Source: an uncultured Chloroflexia bacterium (GTDB taxonomy: Bacteria > Chloroflexota > Limnocylindria > Limnocylindrales > CSP1-4). From it: a stretch of 64,000 nucleotides of DNA. Below, in pieces: positions 40,643-49,166 of this stretch. The notes beneath the pieces were generated by a model. The model was not told the origin of the DNA, ran no database searches, and saw only the letters and a program-made list of their open reading frames with translations. The DNA is taken from assembly GCA_963713975.1 (NCBI GenBank), contig OY970218.1, positions 864,001-928,000 on the forward strand. The letters run 5' to 3'. The stretch's first letter is position 1; each line of letters opens with the position of its first letter. A program made the position numbers and the translations under genes.

Positions 40643-41217
40643 CGGATCGACTCCTCCAGCGTCTCGAGCTGCGCGAGATGCATCAGATCATGGACGCCTG
40701 CAAAGAGCAGCCACTCCCCACACCGCAGCCGCCCAACCTGGGGGTGGTCGAGCGGACACGGGTCCAGCTCGTGGCCATCGATGCTTCGGGCGGCGCGCTC
40801 GATGATCCGCTGGCTGGTGGCCAGTCGCCGTAGCAGACCATCCCGGGCATCGTCGGCCGCGCCCGGGACCCCGGGCACCACGGTGGGCGCGTCGGTGGGC
40901 CAGCGATCCGACGCCGCCAGCGACGCGGCCATCACCAGCCCCGCCCGGGCGCTCGCCGTGTGGCCGATCGCCTGCGCCACGTTCCAGTCGCCCTCGCCGC
41001 CCGGCATGGCGAACGCCCGCTCCGGCAGCCCCTCCACCACGCTCGCGAGCGCCGCGGCCACCGCCGCCAGCTGCGGGACGATCCGTGCGGCACTCCCCTC
41101 GCCGGCCCGACGACGGACCTCGCGGCGCACGCTGATCAGCTTTCCCTGGTCGATGCCGCGCCAGGCACCAACGACATCGGGTGCATCGACGGCAAGGCTC
41201 TCGAAACGTGCGCTCAT
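40639..41217 (-). CDS. DinB family protein
   Basis: WNVAQAIGH, HPQVG and HDLMH motifs. Confidence 0.85.
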   Translation of the reverse strand: MSARFESLAVDAPDVVGAWRGIDQGKLISVRREVRRRAGEGSAARIVPQLAAVAAALASVVEGLPERAFAMPGGEGDWNVAQAIGHTASARAGLVMAASLAASDRWPTDAPTVVPGVPGAADDARDGLLRRLATSQRIIERAARSIDGHELDPCPLDHPQVGRLRCGEWLLFAGVHDLMHLAQLETLEESIR

Positions 41218-41261
41218 CGAGTCCGAGCGTACAGCGCCCGGGCCGGCCCGAACGCGATCGG

Positions 41262-42194
41262 TCAGGGGAGGAGCTGCCGAAGCGCGAACAGCACGTTCGC
41301 GGGCCGCTCTGCGAGGCGGCGCATGTACCAGCGGTACCAGGCACCGCCGTACGCGATCAGGGTCTCGACACGGTACCCGGATCGGGCGAGGCGACGCTGC
41401 TCCTTCGCCCGGATGCCGTAGAGCATCTGGACCTCGAAGGCGTCGCGGGCAATGCCGGCGGCGGCGGCATGGACGGCGATCTGCTCGATCAGCTCCACGT
41501 CATGCGTCCCGAGGCCGACCCGCATCGAACGCGTGCGGCTCTCCCGGAGCAGGGTGATGGCGAGACCCAGGAAGTTGGCGTCGACCTCCTTCTTCGACTT
41601 GAAGGCGACCGACTTCGACTCGTCGTAGGCGCCCTTGACGAGGCGGATCGCCGGACCGACAGGCAGCAGCCGCTCGACGTCCTTGGCCGTGCGCCGGAGG
41701 TAGGCCTGGAGACAGATGCCGGTGTTCGCGTGCGATGCGCGCAGCCGCTGGTACAGGTCCAGCGTGCGATCGACGTACGTGCTGTCCTCCATGTCGATCC
41801 AGAGGTACGAGCCCTGCGCCTCGGCCGCGGCCGCGAGCACGCGCAGGTGGCCGAAGCAGATGTCCTCGTCGATGTCGAGGCCGAGCTGGGTCGGCTTGAC
41901 GCTGATCTCGCCATCGATCTGGGCGTCCTTGATCTGTGCCAGCAGCTCCAGGTAGTGGTCCACCACGGCCTGTGCGCCTGCGGCCTCCGTGATCGCCTCG
42001 CCGAGCTTCGTGTACAGCGTGCCGATGCCCAGCAGCTGCAGGTCGATGGCAGCGCCCAGCGCGTCCTCGATCCGATCGCCCGGCATGAACCGGTGCACGG
42101 CCCGCCGCATGAAGGGGAGGTTGGGCAGGCGCTCGCCAAGCCAGGGGTTCCGGGCAGCCCAGAGCAGAGCCCTACGAAGCAGTCGGTTGATCAC
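41262..42194 (-). CDS. Monofunctional proline dehydrogenase
   Basis: SVKPTQLGL, IDMED, LQAYLRR, RLVKGAY, THD, QMLYGIR and YMRRLAERPAN motifs. Confidence 0.95.
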   Translation of the reverse strand: MINRLLRRALLWAARNPWLGERLPNLPFMRRAVHRFMPGDRIEDALGAAIDLQLLGIGTLYTKLGEAITEAAGAQAVVDHYLELLAQIKDAQIDGEISVKPTQLGLDIDEDICFGHLRVLAAAAEAQGSYLWIDMEDSTYVDRTLDLYQRLRASHANTGICLQAYLRRTAKDVERLLPVGPAIRLVKGAYDESKSVAFKSKKEVDANFLGLAITLLRESRTRSMRVGLGTHDVELIEQIAVHAAAAGIARDAFEVQMLYGIRAKEQRRLARSGYRVETLIAYGGAWYRWYMRRLAERPANVLFALRQLLP

Positions 42195-42520
42195 AGGCGT
42201 TCGAAGCGCTCCACGGGCACGACGAAGACGGTGGCACCACCCATCTCCACCTCGAGCGGATAGGGCATGAAGAACTCACCGGGCTCCATGATCGGCGGCA
42301 TCGGGTTGACGACCTGGGTCCTCGAGTGGCAGGTATCGCGGATGATGCCCATGACCTCCTCGACCTCGTCGTCCTCGACGCCCAGCATCACCGTGGCGTT
42401 GGACTGCTTGAGGAAGCCGCCCGAGGACTGGAGGCGGGTCGCGCGGAAGTCCCGCTCGAGAAGGGCCTCGACGAGGTTGCCCGCGTCTTCGTGGTGCACG
42501 ATGGCGGTGACAAGCTTCAC
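42191..42520 (-). CDS. darA: Cyclic di-AMP receptor, PII-like (DarA/PstA/YaaQ)
   Basis: MKLVTAIV..ED, TRLQSSGGFL..NAT...GV and GGATVFV motifs. GTG 42520 sits 7 nt after TATGCT. Confidence 0.92.
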   Translation of the reverse strand: MKLVTAIVHHEDAGNLVEALLERDFRATRLQSSGGFLKQSNATVMLGVEDDEVEEVMGIIRDTCHSRTQVVNPMPPIMEPGEFFMPYPLEVEMGGATVFVVPVERFERL

Positions 42521-42683
42521 GCCGCGGAGCATAGCCCACGCCCAACGGCCGTGACCCGCTCCGCGCACACATGGCGGCCGGCAGGCTGGAGGCGGTGTAG
42601 GATGCGGACTCGCCCGGGTCGGGTGGAGGACGCCGTCCGGAGGTCCGGATGGGCACCCCGGCCGGGCTGACCCGGAGGAATTC

Positions 42684-43703
42684 GTGGCGGACGCGATCGA
42701 GGGTGCCGGCATCGGGCCGCTCAACGTGCTGACGGCCGGTGCGGCTGCCCTGGCGCGCGCCAGGGACCTGGACATGGCGCTCGCGGTGATCGTGGAGGCC
42801 GGGGCCGCCGCGACGGGCGCGACGATGGCGGCCGTCTTCGCGCAGGATCCGGACATCGACGGCCTGGAGCTGCTGATGACGCTCGGGATCGAAGAGAGCG
42901 CGGTCGATGCCTTCGGCACGGAGGTGGCGTCGAACCCCGAGCATCCGATCCACCACGCGGCGCTGGACAGGACGGGCACGCTGGGCCGCACGGGCGAGGC
43001 GGCGGACGGCAGCGCGATGACCGGCGCGGACCTGCCGCTGGTGGTGGCGGACGGCAACGGCGTCGAGGCCTGCGTGGGCGTGCTCTCGTTCGGATGGGCC
43101 GGCGATCACGACATGGACACCGCCGAGGAGTCGCTGCTCGTCGCGGTGGCTGACCTGGCGGCTGCCGCCATCGCCACGTTCCGCACGTCATCCATGGCCG
43201 CCGAACGTGCCGAGTGGCTCGAGCGCGTCGCCCTCACGGATCCCCTCACCGGTCTCGCCAACGCCCGGACCCTGGCCCGCGTCCTGGACCTGGAGGTCGC
43301 ACGAGCGCAGCGGCAGGGCACGGAGGTGTCGATCGCGCTGTTCGACGTGGACGACTTCGGGGAGCTGAACGCGGCGGCCGGCTCGCTCGCCGGGGACGCT
43401 GTCCTGCGCAGGGTGGCGAGCGTGCTCTCGGAGAGCGTGCGGCTCGTGGACACGATCGCCCGGACCGGCAGCGACGAGTTCGTGCTCGTGGCGCCTGGTT
43501 CCGCCGGGGTGATGGTGGCACGTCGGGTCATGGACGGGATTGCTGCGCTCGAGCCCGTGGAGGGACGGGCATTCAGCCTGAGCGCGGCCGTGGCGCGGTT
43601 CCCACAGGATGGGGCGGACGCGGCATCGCTGCTCACCGCCGCTCGGGCCGCCTTCTCGGGATCCGAGGGCCCAGCCGCGATCACCGAGGTGGGTGGGTCC
43701 TAG
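42684..43703 (+). CDS. GAF-GGDEF domain protein with degenerate active site
   Basis: GAF-like N-terminus; TDPLTGLAN, FDVDDF and RLVD-TIART-GSDEF. Confidence 0.85.
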   Translation: MADAIEGAGIGPLNVLTAGAAALARARDLDMALAVIVEAGAAATGATMAAVFAQDPDIDGLELLMTLGIEESAVDAFGTEVASNPEHPIHHAALDRTGTLGRTGEAADGSAMTGADLPLVVADGNGVEACVGVLSFGWAGDHDMDTAEESLLVAVADLAAAAIATFRTSSMAAERAEWLERVALTDPLTGLANARTLARVLDLEVARAQRQGTEVSIALFDVDDFGELNAAAGSLAGDAVLRRVASVLSESVRLVDTIARTGSDEFVLVAPGSAGVMVARRVMDGIAALEPVEGRAFSLSAAVARFPQDGADAASLLTAARAAFSGSEGPAAITEVGGS

Positions 43704-44374
43704 CCACCGGACGAGCCCAGGGCGGCCGCCAGGCACGGCAGGCGGTCGGCCACCCGTCGCACCGCCTCGAGCGCACCCGCCAGCACCGCGTCCGGATCGC
43801 CGATGGCATCGACGATCGCGTAGCGATCCGGCTCGGCGGCCGCGAACGCGAGGAATGCCGCGCGGACGCGTTCGTGGTAGGCAGCGTCCTGGAACGCCTC
43901 GAAACGCGTGATCTCCGCCGACTTGCGCCGGAGGCCCACCTCCACGGGCAGATCCAGCAGGATCGTCAGGTCCGGAGCGAGGCCTCCGGTGGCGAAGTGC
44001 TGGACCGCGCGCAGCTCGTCCATCGGCACGCCCGAGCCGGCTCCCTGGTAGGCCAGCGACGAATCGGCGTAGCGATCGCAGACCACGACGGCTCCCCGAG
44101 CGAGCGCCGGGCCGATGACGTCCTCCACGTGCTGGGCGCGGGACGCGGCGAACAGCAGCGCGTCCGCACGTCCACCCCGGTCGATGGGCGGATCCGTATC
44201 CAGCACCAGCCGGCGGACCTGCTCGCCGAACGGGGTGGAGCCGGGTTCCCGTGTCGCGACGACATCGCAGCCCCCCGCCGCCAGCACCGAGGTCAGGCGC
44301 GTCAGGAGACTGGACTTGCCCGAGCCATCGGGACCTTCGAGCGTGATGAACACGCCGGCGGGTGAGTCGGCCAC
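43700..44374 (-). CDS. tmk: Thymidylate kinase
   Basis: FITLEGPDGSGKS, TREPG, CDRYADSSLAYQG and PDLT motifs. Confidence 0.96.
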   Translation of the reverse strand: MADSPAGVFITLEGPDGSGKSSLLTRLTSVLAAGGCDVVATREPGSTPFGEQVRRLVLDTDPPIDRGGRADALLFAASRAQHVEDVIGPALARGAVVVCDRYADSSLAYQGAGSGVPMDELRAVQHFATGGLAPDLTILLDLPVEVGLRRKSAEITRFEAFQDAAYHERVRAAFLAFAAAEPDRYAIVDAIGDPDAVLAGALEAVRRVADRLPCLAAALGSSGG

Positions 44375-44527
44375 GTGGCGAGTGTAGGCGATGGACCGGG
44401 CCCAGCCGGGTTCGCCGCGAGGCACGAGTCCGCGACCTGGCACCCGGGCGCTCCCGGACGCTCCCGGACGCCATACGCCGATCGTCCTAGCGTCATGCGC
44501 GTCGTGCCCGCGCTACCCTCGGCCCGT

Positions 44528-45970
44528 ATGCGTGATCTGACGAGCCGTGCCCTCGACACGGCCACTGCCCTGGGGGCCACCTACGCCGACGTGCGCGTGG
44601 TCCGACGGCTCGAGGAATCGATCAACATCAAGTCCGGCCGGGTCGAAGGCGTCGCCGGTGGCGAGAGCGAGGGCTTTGGCGTCCGCGTGATCGTTGGCGG
44701 AGCCTGGGGATTCGCGGCCAGCCACGATCTCACGACCGCCGAGGCGGATCGGATCGCGGCGGAGGCGGTCCGGATCGCCCGCGCCAGCGCCACCGCGATC
44801 CGCATGCCCGTCACGCTGGACGACCGCCCCCCTGCCCAGGGCCGCTTCGAGTCACCGGTGGATGAGGACCCGTTCGACGTACCGCTGGACCGCAAGATCG
44901 CGGATCTCCTCGCCGCGGACAGGGCCATGAACGCCGTAAGGGGCATCGCCTGGACGGAGACCGTGTACGGCGCACAGCGCGAGTGGAAGACGTTCGCCGC
45001 GAGCGACGGGTCGTACACGGAGCAGGTGATCACCCACATCGGCGCCGGCCTCGAGGCCAACGCGATCGCCGGTGACGAGCACCAGCGGCGCAGCTACCCG
45101 GACAATGGAGGAGCCTGGGCCTCGGCCGGCTACGAGTACGTCCGGGCGATGGACCTGGCGGGCAACGCCGAGCGTGTCGCCAGCGAGGCCGTGGAGCTCC
45201 TCTCGGCCCCGCCCCTCCCTGCCGGAATGCGCACGATCCTCCTCCATCCATCGCAGCTGTACATGCAGGTGCACGAGAGCTGCGGCCACCCGACGGAGCT
45301 CGACCGCGCCTTCGGCACCGAGGCCAGCTACGCGGGCACCAGCTTCCTGACGCCGGACATGCTGGGGACCTTCCGCTACGGCTCCGACCTCTGTGACATC
45401 GTGGCTGACGCGACGGTTCCGGGCGGCCTGGGATCCTTCGGCTGGGACGACGAGGGCGTCGTGGCCCAGCGCGTCCCGCTGGTCACGGAGGGGATCTTCA
45501 CCGGCTACCTCAGCTCGCGCGAGACGGCCCCCCGCATCGGTCGGGCCTCCGGCGGCGCGATGCGCGCGGACGGCTGGAACCGGATCCCGCTGATCCGGAT
45601 GACCAACGTCAACCTGTTGCCGAGGCCCGGCATGAGCTTCGACCAGATCGTGGCCGACACCGACGACGGGCTCCTGTTCGAGACCAACCGCTCCTGGTCG
45701 ATCGATGATCGCCGCCTCAACTTCCAGTTCTCGACCGAGATCTGCCGCGAGGTCAAGGGCGGCAGGGTCGGCCGGCTCTACCGGAATGCGACGTACACGG
45801 GCATCACGTACGAACTGTGGCGATCGATGGACGCCGTCGGCGATGCCTCCTCGTGGGCGATGTGGGGGACCCCGAACTGCGGCAAGGGCGAGCCTCCCCA
45901 GTCGGGTCACGTGGGCCACGGGGTCTCGGGCGCCCGGTTCCGCAACGTGCGCGTGGGGGTCGTGGCATGA
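44528..45970 (+). CDS. tldD: TldD metalloprotease subunit
   Basis: HESCGHPTELDR zinc motif, GWDDEG, RMTN and CGKGEP. Confidence 0.93.
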   Translation: MRDLTSRALDTATALGATYADVRVVRRLEESINIKSGRVEGVAGGESEGFGVRVIVGGAWGFAASHDLTTAEADRIAAEAVRIARASATAIRMPVTLDDRPPAQGRFESPVDEDPFDVPLDRKIADLLAADRAMNAVRGIAWTETVYGAQREWKTFAASDGSYTEQVITHIGAGLEANAIAGDEHQRRSYPDNGGAWASAGYEYVRAMDLAGNAERVASEAVELLSAPPLPAGMRTILLHPSQLYMQVHESCGHPTELDRAFGTEASYAGTSFLTPDMLGTFRYGSDLCDIVADATVPGGLGSFGWDDEGVVAQRVPLVTEGIFTGYLSSRETAPRIGRASGGAMRADGWNRIPLIRMTNVNLLPRPGMSFDQIVADTDDGLLFETNRSWSIDDRRLNFQFSTEICREVKGGRVGRLYRNATYTGITYELWRSMDAVGDASSWAMWGTPNCGKGEPPQSGHVGHGVSGARFRNVRVGVVA

Positions 45971-47337
45971 GCGGTCCGCACGGTATCGGCGGCAATCCTG
46001 AGGCGGCGCTGGGCCTGGCCGAGGAGGTCGTCCGCCAGGCCCTTGCGGCGGGCGCCGGCGAGGCCGAGGTGCTCGTCGTCGGTGACGACTCGGCCCTGAC
46101 GCGGTTTGCCAACAGCGAGATCCACCAGAACGTTGCCAGCAGCGAGGTCCTCGTCAACCTGAGGTTCGTTACGGGCCGGCGGGTCGGGGTCGCGAGCTCC
46201 GGCCGGGTGGACCCGGACGGGATCCGCGCCCTTGTCGAGCGCGCCGCGGCGATCACCGCGAACGTGGAGGAGCTCGAGGACTGGGCGGGACTCCCGGATT
46301 CCGGACCCGCCGAGGCACTCCCCGCGGCATGGTCCGATGGCACGGCGACCGCAAGCCCGGAGCTGCGTGCCGAGGGCGCCCGGGCAGTGATCGCGGCCGC
46401 GGACAAGGCCGGAGTCATGGCCTTCGGCTCGTTCTCCACGGAGGTCGAGGCCGTGGCCGTGGCCACCTCGAAGGGGATCCGCGTCGCCGAGCGGCGGACC
46501 TCCTCGCAGCTGCTGACCGTGACGATGGGCCCCGACAACGGAACCGGCTATGCAGAGCAGGTCGCCGTGGACGCGACGACCGTCGATGCCCCGGCCATCG
46601 GGCGCGAGGCCGCCGAGCGAGCACGGGCATCCGCGAACCCGGTCGACATCGCGCCCGGCGACTACCCCGTGGTGCTCCATCACTACGCCGTCGTGGACCT
46701 CGTGGACATGCTCGGGTACCTGGGCTTCTCCGCCCTGTCGGTTGCCGAGGACCGGTCCTTCTGGGAGCCCGGGCGCCGCGTCGCATCGCCCCTGGTCAGC
46801 CTGGTTGACGACGGCCGGGATCCGGCGGGCGTGCCTACGGGCTTCGACGCGGAGGGCGTTCCCAAGCAGCGGCTCGAGCTGCTGGACGCCGGCGTCTGTC
46901 GTGACCTCGTGTTCGATGCCCAGACGGCTGCGCGGGCCGGCCGGACGTCCACGGGCCACGGACTCCCCGCGCCGAACCCGTACGGTCCGTTCCCCACCAA
47001 CATGGTGATGGCCGCGGGCGACACCCCCATGGACGAGCTGCTCGGCGGTCTCGATCGGGGCCTGCTCGTGACCCGCTTCCACTACACGAACCCGGTCCAC
47101 TCCAAGAGGGTGATCATCACGGGCATGACCCGCGACGGGACGTTCCTGGTGGAGGGAGGCAGGATCGTGGGGCCAGTGCGCAACCTCCGGTTCACGATGT
47201 CCTACCTGGACGCACTCGCCAACGTCGAGGCGGTCAGCCGGGAGCGGCGGTGCGTGCGTGGGTTCCTGGGTGCGAGCGTCGTGCCGTCCCTGCGGCTGTC
47301 CTCGTACTCGTTCACCGGCGCCACGGCGGCCGGGTAG
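45967..47337 (+). CDS. TldE/PmbA family subunit
   Basis: TRFANSEIHQN, FDAEG, STGH and TGMTRDG; no HExxH; ATGA overlap with tldD. Confidence 0.9.
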   Translation: MSGPHGIGGNPEAALGLAEEVVRQALAAGAGEAEVLVVGDDSALTRFANSEIHQNVASSEVLVNLRFVTGRRVGVASSGRVDPDGIRALVERAAAITANVEELEDWAGLPDSGPAEALPAAWSDGTATASPELRAEGARAVIAAADKAGVMAFGSFSTEVEAVAVATSKGIRVAERRTSSQLLTVTMGPDNGTGYAEQVAVDATTVDAPAIGREAAERARASANPVDIAPGDYPVVLHHYAVVDLVDMLGYLGFSALSVAEDRSFWEPGRRVASPLVSLVDDGRDPAGVPTGFDAEGVPKQRLELLDAGVCRDLVFDAQTAARAGRTSTGHGLPAPNPYGPFPTNMVMAAGDTPMDELLGGLDRGLLVTRFHYTNPVHSKRVIITGMTRDGTFLVEGGRIVGPVRNLRFTMSYLDALANVEAVSRERRCVRGFLGASVVPSLRLSSYSFTGATAAG

Positions 47338-47357
47338 GCGACGGGCGGGAGGCGACG

Positions 47358-47648
47358 ATGGGGATCAGCGACCGGACGACCGCGGACCTGACGCTCTACG
47401 CGGAACCCGACGGCTCCGTGTCCGTCGACACGGGGGCGCGGTTCGTGGCCGTCGGCGGCGACGACCTCGAGCGCATCCTGGACCGCCTCGCCGCGGACGG
47501 CGGCACGCTGCGTCTGCTGGGTGGCACCGGCCGCGCGGACGACGGCGACGAGGCTCCGGAGCTCGAGAGCGATCCGGCGATGGGCGCGGCGGGCTGGGTG
47601 CTGGCCCTCGCCCATGAGCGCGGCCTCACGGTCATCCGCGAGGCGTAG
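47358..47648 (+). CDS. Small acidic hypothetical protein (96 aa)
   Basis: GGGAGG RBS before ATG 47358; fills the gap after tldE. Confidence 0.6.
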   Translation: MGISDRTTADLTLYAEPDGSVSVDTGARFVAVGGDDLERILDRLAADGGTLRLLGGTGRADDGDEAPELESDPAMGAAGWVLALAHERGLTVIREA

Positions 47649-47661
47649 CCGGGCGACGGCG

Positions 47662-47700
47662 CGTAACGGATCCGTAGCGGCGATCCATGACGCTGTGGTC
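47662..47700 (+). promoter_or_regulatory. Direct-repeat activator site plus weak -10, leaderless promoter (copy 1)
   Basis: CGTAACG(47662-68)-N4-CGTAGCG(47673-79)-N9-GACGCT(47689-94)-N6-ATG(47701). Confidence 0.65.
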
Positions 47701-49158
47701 ATGAAGCGTTCGACCGTTGCCATGTTCGTCCTCGCGATTGCCGCCGGAGCCTGCACCTCCCAGGCTCCGTCACCCTCGACTGCCGCCGCATCGCCTGCCC
47801 CGGCATCGCCCACGCCGGCGGCCTCCGGCAAACGCCCGGTCGTCTTCGACACCGACATGGGCATGGACGACCTGCTCGCGCTGTATGTCATCCTGCGCGA
47901 CCCGACGCTCGATGTTCGTGCGATCGCCATCGACGGCACCGGCCTCATCCACTGTGGCGCCGGTATCCGGAACATGCGCCGAATCCTCGGTGCGTTCGAC
48001 CGGCTCGATATCCCGTTCGGCTGCGGCCGCGAAGAGCCCGGACCGAACGGCCGGTCGTTCCCCAATGAGTGGCGCGCCACGAGCGATGCGATGTATGGCG
48101 TCGTCGTGCCACCGGTCGTGGCATCCGAGTTCCCGCCCGATGCGGTCACGATCCTCCATGACGCCCTCGCCGCCTCGGCGGACCCGGTGACGATCCTGGC
48201 GCTTGGCCCCTGGACGAACCTCCAGGACCTGTTCGTCGCAAACCCGGACACCATCGCGAAGGTCGCCGGCATTCACGCGATGGCCGGCACCATCGATGCC
48301 CCGGGCAACGTCGAGCTGGGCGGGACCACTGCGGCCAAAAAGGTCGAGTGGAACGTCGGCGCGGACCCCGATGCGTTTGCCGCCGTGATGGCGCTCGACG
48401 TGCCCGTGTCACTGGTGCCTCTCGATGCCACGAACGACGTCCCGACCCCGGCCGACATCGTCGAGACCCTGGACGCGGACCACGCCGCGGCGGGCGCGGA
48501 TCTCGCGTTCGAGACCTACGTCCGGAGCCCCTTCCTGCACGAGGCGGGCAACTACTGGTGGGACAGCGCCGCCGCCGTTGCCCTGACGAACCCGGAGCTT
48601 TTCACCTGGGAGGACGCGACGACCAGCGTCACGCTCGATGGACCTGCCACGGGCCGGATCAACCGCGATCCCGCGGGCCGGCCGACCCGGATCGCCGTCG
48701 GGGCTGACACGGCGCGCGTCACGGAGGCCGTCCTCGCGGGCCTCCGCCGCGGGGCGCCGCGCCCGGAGCCCTTCGCGACCATCGGCGCAATGCGGGTGGT
48801 GTTCGACGGGGCCACGTGCCGGCTCGAGGGCGAGCCCCCGACGAAGGCGGGCCTCGTGCGCATCGACTTCGCCAACCGGTCAAGCCTGCCGGCCGGCCTG
48901 CTGGCGGCCGGCGCCCGTCCTCCGAAGACGTGGGCCGACGCGCTCAACCTGATCGAGACCATCGAGCTCGACGATCCGGCCCTCGTGATCCCGGACTGGA
49001 TCGTCCAGGTGGACGGACCGGGCCCGTTCGCCGAGCCCGGCAAGGACGCGCTCGCCCTGGTCACGCTCCCGCCCGGGTCGCTGGGCGTGGCCTGCGCGAC
49101 CGGGCAATGGCCCGACCTCGCCTTCGTCGACGGCGGCTCGTTCACGCTCGCTGAGTAG
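47701..49158 (+). CDS. Nucleoside hydrolase (IUNH family) lipoprotein with an extra C-terminal domain
   Basis: Lipobox AGAC; FDTDMGMDD (DxDxxxDD), LGPWTNL, GNV, EWN..ADP, PLDAT and WWD motifs. Confidence 0.88.
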   Translation: MKRSTVAMFVLAIAAGACTSQAPSPSTAAASPAPASPTPAASGKRPVVFDTDMGMDDLLALYVILRDPTLDVRAIAIDGTGLIHCGAGIRNMRRILGAFDRLDIPFGCGREEPGPNGRSFPNEWRATSDAMYGVVVPPVVASEFPPDAVTILHDALAASADPVTILALGPWTNLQDLFVANPDTIAKVAGIHAMAGTIDAPGNVELGGTTAAKKVEWNVGADPDAFAAVMALDVPVSLVPLDATNDVPTPADIVETLDADHAAAGADLAFETYVRSPFLHEAGNYWWDSAAAVALTNPELFTWEDATTSVTLDGPATGRINRDPAGRPTRIAVGADTARVTEAVLAGLRRGAPRPEPFATIGAMRVVFDGATCRLEGEPPTKAGLVRIDFANRSSLPAGLLAAGARPPKTWADALNLIETIELDDPALVIPDWIVQVDGPGPFAEPGKDALALVTLPPGSLGVACATGQWPDLAFVDGGSFTLAE

Positions 49159-49166
49159 CGGTCCTC

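Noticed and set aside
44528-47648. tldD-tldE plus a small ORF as a RiPP/microcin-like system
   Set aside because: There is no YcaO or other modifying enzyme and no exporter nearby. The small ORF lacks a leader/core pattern, and tldDE is commonly housekeeping.
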